From contig FLMG01003876.1 in assembly GCA_900088475.1 (NCBI GenBank), forward strand, positions 1 through 64,000: DNA of 64,000 nt, read 5' to 3'. Made by a program: the position numbers and the translations under genes. The notes under the pieces were generated by a model. That model was given only the letters and a program-made list of their open reading frames with translations. It ran no database searches and was not told the DNA's origin. Source of the DNA: Hyphochytrium catenoides (taxonomy: Eukaryota > Protista > Hyphochytriomycota). Position 1 is the stretch's first letter, and each line of letters opens with the position of its first letter. Of the stretch, positions 1-11,193 are shown piece by piece.

Positions 1-1289
1 CTCTCTCTCTCTCTGCCTTTTGAAAATGGTCTGGGTTGTCTGTCCGTTCGCCGCTTGGCTCCCATGTTCCTTATCTCTTGATGAGACGGTGGTCCAGGGT
101 CCAGCTCCTGATGCGAAGCCATCATCTTGGGGAGGACCTCAATAGTAGGATAGCTTGCCAAGATTAGCAATAGGCTTAACCGCAGTAGTAATAAGAGATG
201 ATGATGTCTGTAACGGATTCTCACCGTTCTCCCACAGGAAGGTTCCTTCTCCCTCTCCGGCCCGCCTCGCGCTCTCTTATCTACTGCCTGAGATTACCTG
301 CAGGAGCAAGGGCTAAACGCTTCTTAGTCACCGCGCGAACGAGCAGAATCCTTGCTGTTTCCCTCGCCTCTTCTATTCCCTCTCTCCTCTCACCCATCTT
401 GTACCCTTTAGCGGTCCGTCTTTGAGTAGAGCTTTTCAGTAGGATGCATCACAATGAAACTCATATCTTAAAAAGGGCTGTTGGGAGGATCGTCAAGATA
501 TGTCTTCGCCTTCAATGGCGTTGACTTGCCGACATACATAGGTGTCATGGGTACCCTGTTCCACTCGTTCCGTCTAGGTTCTTGTAGTGCTATTCGATCA
601 AATGGCGAATGTGGGATAGAGAGAGGTATAGTGCTCTTTTTTAAGATAGGAGACTCAGGTTGAAGCACCAAAGCAAGGCAGGAGCGAGTAAACGTAAGGA
701 TACACGGGCCAGTACTCGCAGAAGATGGCAGTCATCTAGATTGAATAAGACAGTTCACGTCGGACAATTGTCTTTCAGCAAAGACTCTAAGGGCTGTGGG
801 TTGCTCGAGCACGTTGGGCCAACGTTAGCACATGGTAACAGCCCCAGCAGATTGTTTATGTCAGTCACATGCAGCGCCATTTAGCTATTAAACCTTAACC
901 GCGTGTGAAGCATCTACGTGGTCCACAAAGAATGTACTCTTATCACAATTCTCCTTCGGATTCTAGGGTTCACATTCTCTGGCTCTTTAGTATCGAAAAA
1001 CAAGGCCTATCTCTGTCACAACTAGTCTTGTTAGCGAGACATATTGTTCCAGCAGTGGACCGCATCCTTAGGGATCTTCGCTCACATGGAGACGCCCTCA
1101 AATGCTCGAATAAGCCGCTGATTTCCACTCTGGGCACCATTGATAACGCCAGATCCGACGGGTCAGCGGATCTGTCGCAGTATGAGTGCCTGTTGCATTG
1201 ACTACCAAGCAATATTATCGATACAACAAGAGTGAGAAGATAACCCCTTTTATTCCGCCTTCATATTTGACAGACAGCAGCCGAGTCCT

Positions 1290-1847
1290 TTATTCAGCAG
1301 CCTCGCTGCTGATGTTGAAGTATCTGAGCTCATAGGTGTTCTTGCTGGAAGCAATTACGTGAAGGTAGTCACGGAGCTGTTGCTTCTTGAGGTACTTCTT
1401 GGTAAGGTACTTGAGGTATCTCTTGGAGAACGGGATGTTGGCAACCACGTGGATCTTGGTCTTGTCACGAGAGATGGTGACTGTGTATATTATAGGCAAC
1501 AACATCAGTCATGGAGTGACGGTACCCAGTAACAGAGAAAGCGCCCTCAAATTTACCTGCATCGCCAAGTACACCGGTCTTTCCGTTGACCTTGATGCGG
1601 TCGTGAAGGAACTTCTCGAAAGAAGCTGGGTCAAGAACGTGGTCCTCAACTGGGATGCTGCAGTCAAGGGTGAACCTGAGCACCTGCTTCTTCTTGCCCT
1701 TGCCAGCCTTGCCCTTGGCAGCGACAGCCTTGGAGGTCTTAGGAGTCTGCTTCTGTAGGGCCAGCGGAACAAACGAAGAGAATAGAGAGTTAGTGTTAAG
1801 TTACCCGCTTTCCCGCTCCCGCTTAGCAAGGCTAGGGTCGCCGGCAT
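1290..1847 (-). CDS. RPL22: 60S ribosomal protein L22e (3 exons; first exon uncertain)
   Basis: Spliced exons 1752-1557 and 1480-1290 (GT-AG intron 1481-1556) give KQTPKTSK...[34 protein letters not shown]...[40 protein letters not shown], a typical eL22. The start exon is probably ATG CCG at 1847-1842. Confidence 0.96.
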
Positions 1848-3020
1848 AGTCGCAATTCAGGCCCATTCAGCTGCATGTCGGTCACCAACAGAGAAGAGGG
1901 CTCTGTGATGGCAAAGCTTTCCACCACGTTGTGTCATTCTTGCCCTGTCAATCAAAGCAGTGCTGATGTCCACGAAGGATATCAGCCTTTAACAAAGATT
2001 GGGCAGAGAAGATGTCTCTGAGTGCCGTCCATACCAGAGAAGGGTGCTCTGAATGACGGTTATGGGCTTTCTGACCTCAACGACGTCCGTAGCCCTTCGC
2101 ACAAAACCACTTCAGGGCAGACCAATCTGTGCCCTAGCTATCTCTGCAGACGGCTAGGTCTCAGATTCAGTGCCAAGAAGAGTTTAAGGACGAGGATGGC
2201 AGACGTCAGATGGTGGCCTATTGGCCACTGCGCAGCAGGAGCAGGCCATCTTTATGTGACGACTTACAGTGACAGCCATTATTGTTGGGTGTAAGGGGAT
2301 ACAAGCTCCAAAAGGCTGCGTCTGCTGTGTCTCTCAATGCAAAGTGAGGTCTCCACTTCCAGACATCTGGTCCTCCAGGTGAAGCTTTCCTCTGCTGTCT
2401 GAAGCTCAAATTTCCATTGGATTTCCCCTTCAGTGGCACTCAACCAGTCACTAAAGACGGTGCCCCTTCCCTGGCTTGCGGTGTCACCCCCTCAGGCACA
2501 TCTAAGATAAAACCTGAGAGGGAATGGGGGCAGCCCCCGAGTTGGTGATTTGGAGAAGAGGGATGACCCTCGCTTTCTTCACAATCAACGCAGTCCAGCT
2601 GCAATACATGGATGATCAGGACTGTACAGATCAAGAATGTAAAGATAACGTTACCCGCTCCCTGACCTCGAAGCTCTGTATTCGACCCGAACACTCCAGT
2701 ACTACAACTACATCTCTCTCTCTACAGTACTGTACTGGTCTACCCGCGATCATGTAATAAGCTACGAACAACCGTTTTAGATTGCTGTGTGCGCGCTGTG
2801 TGTCTTTCCTTGTACAGTCATGGGCCCGGCCATTATTATTCTGAACAAGGGGCCCAAAGAATGCTTTTTTCAGTTCATCATCACACTAGAGGGCATACCC
2901 ATTCCGAACCGGCATATGACGTTTCGCTTTGACGCTGCTTGCTTCCTCCGTTCTGTCTCTCCCTCAGCTCCTGGTCCTGGGTCATGGGGCCTGGAGCTAC
3001 AAGCCCGCCAGCGGAGTGGC

Positions 3021-3050
3021 GCCGCCGCCGCCGCCGCCGCAGCAGCAGCT
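3021..3050 (+). repeat. (GCC)6(GCA)3 trinucleotide microsatellite upstream of the 3516 gene
   Basis: gccgccgccgccgccgccgcagcagcagct read directly. Confidence 0.85.
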
Positions 3051-3515
3051 GAGACCGGTGGGCGCGCGAGGAGAGAGCACGCAGTGAAGCCGCGGGCCTT
3101 GGTGGGTGCTGCCTCGGTCTCATTATTGAGCTCTCGCTTCAGGTTGCTCTTCTATCTGCTGCCTCCTTTTGGCTCTTCTATCAGTCCACTTTGGTCCCCT
3201 GCCATTCCTTGGTTTCTCGTTCTGAGGTTGGTACTTGGGGCGTGCGGCTCTCATCTTGAGCTTTCAATCTAAGATGCGAGAGGAGCGGACTACCTATGAC
3301 TTTAAGTGATTGGTTGATCCAAACTGTTTCTAATGCTTCTGCCTCTGCGCTTTGAAGCAATGGCTCCGCACTTGAAGTAGCAGAAGAGGAGCCTGCGGAT
3401 AATCTGTGACATGTTATCCAAGTCTCAGCTGGACTCGGCTGGCCCCAAAGCCCTGAGCCGCACTAGACTCGATAGCTAGCTCTATGTCTGCCGTCTCTTG
3501 TCTGTCCTGACCAAG

Positions 3516-6500
3516 ATGATGCAACCCACCCCCCGCTGGTCCGTGGGCATCCTTCTGCTCGGAGCTATCATCTTAGTCCTTCACAGCCACTTCAACGTAA
3601 CCTGGAAAGCCGTAGCCACGGGTTCTATCCCGCCGATAGACATCGTGGTCAAGCTCCAATATGACTACACAGAACTCGGCAAGGACCTTATCTTTTATAA
3701 GGAGGGTCAGACTCCTGATGGGGCCTACCACGGCTGGTCCATTCTCCGCCGAAACTTCGAAGCCAACTTCATTCAGGACCTTGCCAATAGCTTAGACATT
3801 CCGCCCGGCAGCATGTTTGTGGAAAATATTGTTCCGGGAGCCTATCATTATACCTGGACGGGAGAGGAAGGATCTTGGTCGGCCAATTTTGAGGAACCAG
3901 GGACGACGCTGCACACGCCGGTCATTTTGGTGCATTTCTCCCTTTCTGGCTTGGCTGTGGACCGCATAGCAAGTGCCGTAAAGACTCTAACACGTTACTC
4001 TTTAGATGTGTCGAGTCCCCTTTATGAAGGGCTAGTCTTCGATCGTCTGGAGGCTGACAGCACTGTTGGCATTCACGTTCGTCAGTGGGACACTTCCATC
4101 CGTATCCTTTACTCTATGGAGATTATTGGGACCAGAGATTCAGATAAGAGGAAAGTTTTCGATTCTCTCTTTATTGAAGACATTGCAAGGGCGCTAACCA
4201 TCTCAGCATCCCGAGTGGAAGTCCTTTATATCATACCCGACGGCGGGGGAGAGGACGTCACCTTTACAAGCCAAGTCATTGTCAAGTTCCGTCTCTACCC
4301 TAAGACCGACCCCTCAGGACCCAGCGAGTTATCTGTTGATGCAGCACTGCGGGTGTTGCTGTCACAAGTCCAGGATGAGGGCAGTTCCCTCTATAGTGGC
4401 AATGTTACCATTAGAACGGACCCAGCTTTTGGTCTTGGAGGGGTCAATGGCGTGCCACGGCGAAGGGCGCGACCGTTTGCTCCCATTCGTAGTCCCCTGA
4501 TAGGTAGGTTGGTCAAGAAAAGTCTAAACCTAACCGCCAGCACGCCTAATTGCCCTCTTACTACCCAGAGGAAGAATGGGTTGATCTGGAAGCCTGCTGG
4601 GACACCTTGCGATGCATTAGAGGCTACCAAGGCAAGGCCCATCTATCTAATTGCTCTCGATACATGGTGATAGGACTAACTTCTACACCTGTGCAACCAC
4701 CCCGATAGATTATGATCTAGAGCTCGGTCAGTACACAGGATTCTTTCATCAGATCTATCGCGATGGGGAGCGAAGACCATCTAGTCTCGTGGCTCTGTTT
4801 GAGCAGTGGAGAGCCGGAACCAGCGGCTGGCGAGAGCGTAACAGCATGTCAGCTAATCAAGAGCTCCCATTGATTGGAGGATCATTAGCTGGAGCACATT
4901 TTGATACCTTCGCTCGCCCTCTTTCGTCTCCTTGGAGGGATCTAGTGCTGAATAAAGCAGAACTGCAGCGTTCCCTGGATAATCTGCAGCGGAGGATCAA
5001 CAAGCTGCATCGACAGATGGAAGAATTGAAAGCCATAAACGCCTTCAACCGTGATCTCAACTTCGGCTTTCAGCCCAATCTTTTCAACTTTTCAGCATGG
5101 CAGAACCTCCAGCTTCCCGCCCAGGTTGACGGAGAGCCTGATGTGAACAATATCAGAAGAGCTACTACCCAGATGCTTGCGGAACTGGAGGAGACCCTTC
5201 AAGCGCTGAAAGTTGAACGAGATGCTCTGGCAGCTTCTGAATGTGAAACCTGTGAAGTGCTTATTGACACGAGCGCTCTGACCGTCACTTTGGACGGGAG
5301 TATAATCGCGTCAGGTGAGGGTTCTTCTTGGAAACGGCGCGACTGGATGCGCTGAGATCACCTTCCTCCCACAGGTATAGCAGCTTCGACGGAAAAGGGG
5401 ACTGAAGTGGCTGTCTTCAACTTTGGTGCCATAGACCTGGTAAGGCGAGGTTTGCTTTGCTGATGACCCCTGACTCTGGTCGGCCTAAAAGATCCTCCCT
5501 GCCATACTCCGGTATCATGGGCAGGGTCCGGAAGTCAATGTTCGTCTCTTTGGTCTTCGGGGCTTGGTGCTGATGAGCCGGAGCTCTGTTTGCCTTGACA
5601 CGAAGCTCAGTGCTCTTCCAGGCACTCTAGGCGGCTTTGCTGGGTCTTTGCGACTCCCTTCCGGTGACGGTTTGATAGATCCTCGAGGCAGAAAGGACTG
5701 GAGCCCCTTCAAACATAATGGACCGGGAGGCCCGTCTGCCGGACAGTTTATGTTCACTATCACCACCAGCGGAAGAGGTGAAGATGAGGTGCAGAGAATC
5801 CAAACCGAGGTCTGTCTCCATTCCCTTATCTTTGTCTGACAGCCGATATATTGACCCCTTCGCTTACACTCCTGCAGGCAGCGCCAGGGCAAACAATTTC
5901 GGGGTACTTCCGGTTGGAGCTGTGGCCTCGCTGTCACGATGCTGACCAGAGCCTTAGAAAAGTAGGTGCACTGACGGAAACGACCGTCTTGGAAGCCACA
6001 GCCTGTGGGCTCTCCATTCAGCGCACTGGTCCTCTGCCGAGTGATATATCCGCTTCGCAGCTACAGGAAGTGATAGAACAGGCACTGCCAGCGGCAGGCC
6101 GTGTGTCAGTCGCGAGGTCAAAGCAAGATTCCCAAAGGGGCTTTACATGGGATATCACCTTTCTCTCTGCGGTAGGCGATGTCAATCAGCTCACTGCCGT
6201 CAGTGAGCTGCACGGCATAGGTGCTAGAATCTCTGTGCAGACAGTGAGTGAGGCTAAGTCCATTCGTGGGACCTTCCAGCTACGAATGACTCTAGGGGCT
6301 CAAGGCGCAGCGAACTATAGCTCAAAGATACTGACTATTCCTTCCAATGTTCGAGCTGACGTCCTGCGGTCAGAGATTAGGTGTGCCTTTGCTGGGCTTC
6401 TATCTGTCGTTGCTGAAAGATCAGATCCGGTGGGGAGAGGAAAATGTGATGATGGCCGCTGTGTGAACGGACCCACACGCGAGGGAGGCTATACGTGGAC

Positions 6501-9500
6501 TGTCCTGCTGTCAGTTACGTCCGCTGCCAACTACAGCGTGCCCTCACCTTCTGCAGTTGGCGGGTCTCCCCGGTCACTACTGCAGAGCTTCGGCGCGGAG
6601 CACGGTCCGCCCCACTTGGAGCTTGTAGTGTCACAGTCGCAGCTTTCTGGCCCATCTGGTACCGCTGTGTCTCTTAGCACCGGCATAGCCTCACAGTCGG
6701 GTTTCTTTGGAAACCTGCAGGTGGACGATCATCTTCCCTTCTATATGAGCTATGGTAGGGAAACCTATTGGTGCATCGCTTATCCTCCTTCCCGTGCGTC
6801 ACATTTATTGGCCAGTGACTAACCTGTTCTTCGCTGTGTTCTTCTCTCGCGATTCTACCTTGTCAGGAGGAAGTGGGGCCAGCCACGGTGGACAGGGCGG
6901 TCTGTCGGGGATGGAAGTGGGTCAAGGCGAAACGAAGATGACGGGAGCTCCCTATAATACTGCGGTCAGTATTCAGGGTCTTAAGTAGATTGTGTCTCCC
7001 GTTTGTATGCAAGCTGTCGAGGGCACATCCTCCTCAACAGCCCTTGGGCAACTGAAGTCTTTTTCTCTCACAATGTTGTCTCTTAGAATCTCAGCGATGA
7101 TTTGATTGGCGGTAGTGGCGGCGCCGGGGGCGGCCGAAATGTCTTTGACATCCTTCCTATAGCGGATCCCTCTGGGAAGGGCGGGTCGGGAGGAGGAGTC
7201 ATAGAAATATCAGCAGTGAACGACCTTATCATCGGCCCACTTGGAAGTATCACACTTGACGGAGGCAATGGAACAGCAGGCGTTTGGGGAGGCGGAGGAG
7301 GAAGGTGAAGAAGCCTTCCCAGTATATGACGGGAGAACCTTAACCATCTAACGCTTCTCCCTCCTCACGGCGCAGTGGCGGCGCTCTGGTTCTGTCCTCA
7401 GGCGGCGTCATTGTGAACAGAGGAAAACTACTAGTCAGAGGAGGCAGTGGAGGCTCTAGCACTTCTCTTGCAATCAATAAGGGCGACTCTATCCATCCTG
7501 GCGGAGGAGGAGGTGGAGGCGGAGGCCGTGTCGCTATTTATGCAGAATCCTTCAGCGACTTTGGCGAGATAAACGTCAACGGAGGTGCTGGAGGAGCAGG
7601 ACCAGACGGAGCAGGAGGCCAGACAGGGGCCAAAGGGACAATATCCATGGAGATCCGGGCAACATCAAGCTTCTACATTGATCGAGGGCTTTCTCAAGGT
7701 GCAGAAGGCTCCAACTCTTCTTTGTTATTGCGGGTCAGTGACGAGGCGTTGAGGGGGCTGCCAAAGCAATTGAACCTGCAAACAGTTTCTAGGCTTGGGC
7801 CAAGCTACCTCCTGCCGCCAAAATCGAATCAGCGGCCATCCCGTGTGCTCTTCTATATCAAAGTTCGCAGGCTGCCGCAGCGCAATCCAGGAAGGAAGAG
7901 AGAAGGCTCTCTGGGCCAATCGTCAACAGCCAACCGCTGGATGGCTGCATTGCTACTGACCGGTTCAGAACAAGAGAGCTCAAGCTATCTGGGTTTTGCT
8001 GCCACTCACAGAGGCTTCCTGCATGGACAAAGCATTCTAGCTTTAGACGGTGCGGAAGCCTTCGTTTGCCTTATTGTCGGGCCTCTTTCCAAGTGTTAGT
8101 CGATTATTGTCTCTATCTATGGAACTGTCTATCATAAGCTCTGTTTCCTTCTTTTGGGATCGCGCTCTGCACCTCTTCCTATCTTTCTCCCTGACTGCCT
8201 GTTAACACTCCTGATTCACCAGAAACGTCCGACCTTGTGGGCGGGAATGCTGTCCTGATGGGAAAATGGTACAAAGTTGACATTCGCTTGAACTGGGCCA
8301 ATAGTTCCTACGACATCCTGCTGGATGACTGGGAAAAGGCAAGAGCCGCTACCAGGATTGGAGCTCTTCTTCTCCTATCTCTTTCTGTGTTCTCCTATCT
8401 TCTGATCCGTCTCCCATCTGCCCCCATCGGCTAAACGTGCCTGTCCAGGTCCATGGTGCCCCCTTTACAGGGCTAAGTAGTATCCGCTCTGTCAGAGTCC
8501 ATTCGATGCTCAGGGGAACGGTCTGGTTTGATCAGGTAAGAGGGCCTGGCAACAGTCCCAAGGCAAGGGAACATGGGATGGAGCGGCAAGGGTGCCTGAA
8601 CCTAGCTGACTGGTCCTTGTTATCAGGATAGTATTGTCCTCTCTGTTCTTCTCTCCTTCTTCACTCTTCTTTCTGTTGATTCTCTCTCGGTTTCCTGTGT
8701 GCTCTTTCTCATCACATATCCCCGTCTTCCTGGTTCCGCTATGTCCTTCGTTGTCTTTCTGATGCTTTCTTCTATCAGATCCATCTTGGCCCCGATCATA
8801 CGATGGGGTTCAGATGCCCCAACCTAAAAGCCGACAGCAGTGGATCTGGGCTGGATTCATCTTACCGAAGTCAAGAGACAGCCGAAGAGATAGCACTTCC
8901 TCTGGGCGGAGTCGATGTGTTTAGCCCTCGGCAGGTACCACACTCCTTACCACCAGACCCAACGTCGGGAACTAACTACCATCATTAACAACGTAGCGCC
9001 ACTCCTCCCATCTCTCGAAGCGTGCCATGTGGAGCACCGTCGGGTTGGTAGTAAACGAAGGGAAGAAGCATTTGGAAGTTAGAGATGACACACCCTTGAC
9101 ACCCAATGATGAGGACTTTCTTGGGCCAGAAGATGCATTCTCGGGCCTCCAACTTGGAGCTTTTGTTGACATCCCATTGGCAGAGATTGAGGATAGAGAA
9201 GGAGGAGGCCACATTGGAGGCGAGGCTGACGAAGGTAAGAGACTCTGTTCTGAATTTCAGGTCCCCTTTTAACTTTTCCGGCTCTCCGCAGACACCTTTC
9301 CTTGGGACCAGCCACCCATTGAGGAGACTGGAAGGAAGGTGTCGTCGGTCTGGTATGGCGTCCATACCAATCCCCAGCCTACGGTCTCAGAACCTAGTAA
9401 GGGAGGAATCTTCGCCTGCTCGACGAGAGATTATTTCACTTGGAGGCGTGAGGGCGTGATGGTAAGTGAAGGAAGACGCAGTCATAAAGCAACTGAGACA

Positions 9501-10965
9501 TTTGGACAGACCCTGAAGAGATACTATCTGGAACTGACGGATCTCTCAATTTCTTCCTTCAATTGTCTGATGGACTTCCTCTCAACTGTTAGTCGTCCCA
9601 CTTCATCTCTCGTCTGGGCGTGTGTCCCTCTCTACTTAGCCTGCTACGTTGTTGACTCATATTTCCTGCTTTCCCTTCCCACAGCTTCACTTTGAGAACC
9701 TCACGGATATGGTGAGAGGGACGCCCGACCTGCTACGACCAACTGATGTAAAAGTCATTCATAACAAAAAGGACCAACGTTACGTTCTGTGGATGGGGCT
9801 CGAAAGCTCCGTCTCCCGCCCTGGCCTGGCCGGTGTCGCTGTAAGCAGCAGTTATAACGGGCCCTTCACCTTCGTTCGTAGCTTCTTCCCTGACGGTAAC
9901 GCCACTTATGGTCATACCGTCGTACTGGATGAGGAGAGAGAGAGCGCATACCTAATTCAACCCTTCACGGCCTCCATTGAGATGGTTATTCCTGAGGCGG
10001 TCATGAATCCTCTCTGGGAGAGCGTGAAGGTCATGCCTAATAGTGCACCTGACGAGCCGGCCAAGGTGGACTTTGCCCTCAACTACCACCGGGCCAAGTA
10101 TGCTCCAGAGTACGATGACTATCATGATATCTACCTTCAGATCTGGAGACATGAAAATGTTGCGCAGGGCATCCTTTGCATTGACAAGAAGACAAGGGCG
10201 GTGCGAGAGCTGCAAGGCATTAGGACCTGCCTGAATAGTGAAGAGAAGGTGATCTTGGGGCAGGGCCAACCTGCTATTCACTCAAGATTCAAGGATCCCA
10301 CGGTACTCAAGAACAGTCTCTGGCGGCCAGATTCTGTGCCGACAGTTCGAGCCCAGCCTTGGTGGAACAACTACATAGACGGCGTCTGCGGCCGCAGAGA
10401 CTTCACTGATGGGTTAGATCGGTATGATCAGGAGCTATATCTGCGCAGTAGCGCTTTTTATCCTGACAGCAGCGGCAAGCTGGATGCTGGGACAATGAAG
10501 GGCAAGCTGAAGCGTAGAACGGTTCTTCCTGATCGTTCCAACTGCAGCAACATCGTCGATAATCCTGTCCATCCCACCCTGCCAGACTCCAGGATCGGCC
10601 CGCCAAAGAAAGTAGAGACACGCCATGCCAGGTTTATCGCTATCAGACAACTGACGTCTGACTTCCTGGACACCACGGGCGTCCTCCACCTTATTGAAGG
10701 AGGTTTCCAAAACAATAAGCTTCCGTCAGATCTCATCGACGTCTGCCGCCAGCTGTCATGGGACGCTGGAGCAGAGCTGCGGACAAGCTTCCAGCCTCCA
10801 CAAGTTATTCCTGAGTTGACAACGGCCCGTAACTGGAAAACTCGTTACAGCCAATACATCCTCCACTACAATGACAGAGCCTGGGACTCACCCGCATGCC
10901 TGAATGATAAAGACTGTCCAGTGAATTTCAAGGACCAGCTACTAGACATTAAGGAGGCAGACTGA
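3516..10965 (+). CDS. Large (~2000 aa) membrane-anchored/secreted mosaic protein: N-terminal TM, duplicated SEA-like segments, coiled coil, Gly-rich repeats, beta-sandwich, C-terminal GH43_24-like beta-propeller
   Basis: The + strand ORFs join in frame through about 14 introns (e.g. 4504-4568, 4632-4708, 5315-5374, 5440-5524, 5809-5877, 8339-8448, 9462-9684). N-terminal hydrophobic segment WSVGILLLGAIILVL. GGSGGAGGG repeats. GGIFACSTRDYFTWRREG / KVIHNKKDQRYVLWM / AGVAVSSSYNGPFTFVRSFFPDGN resemble GH43_24 blades. Confidence 0.75.
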
Positions 10966-11193
10966 CCTCCTTTGCGAGTGGAGGATGAGAGACGCTTTCT
11001 GTGGCGATGATGGCTAAAAGGGGGCCACGATAGGATAGAGCAAAAGCGAAGGAGGCGAGTGCATGGGGCTAGCGACCCGTTGACTGCTGCTCACGGCACG
11101 AGGCCTAGAAATTCTAGATCTGCTTGAGCTCTTTCTATTAGCAGCCATACAATAATAAACGAGATGGCCCTCTCATATCGCGGAAGTAACCAT

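Noticed and set aside
1-1212. Short ORFs and possible minus-strand exons (e.g. GEGEGTFLWENG) at the window start
   Set aside because: I could not build a consistent spliced frame or recognise a family.
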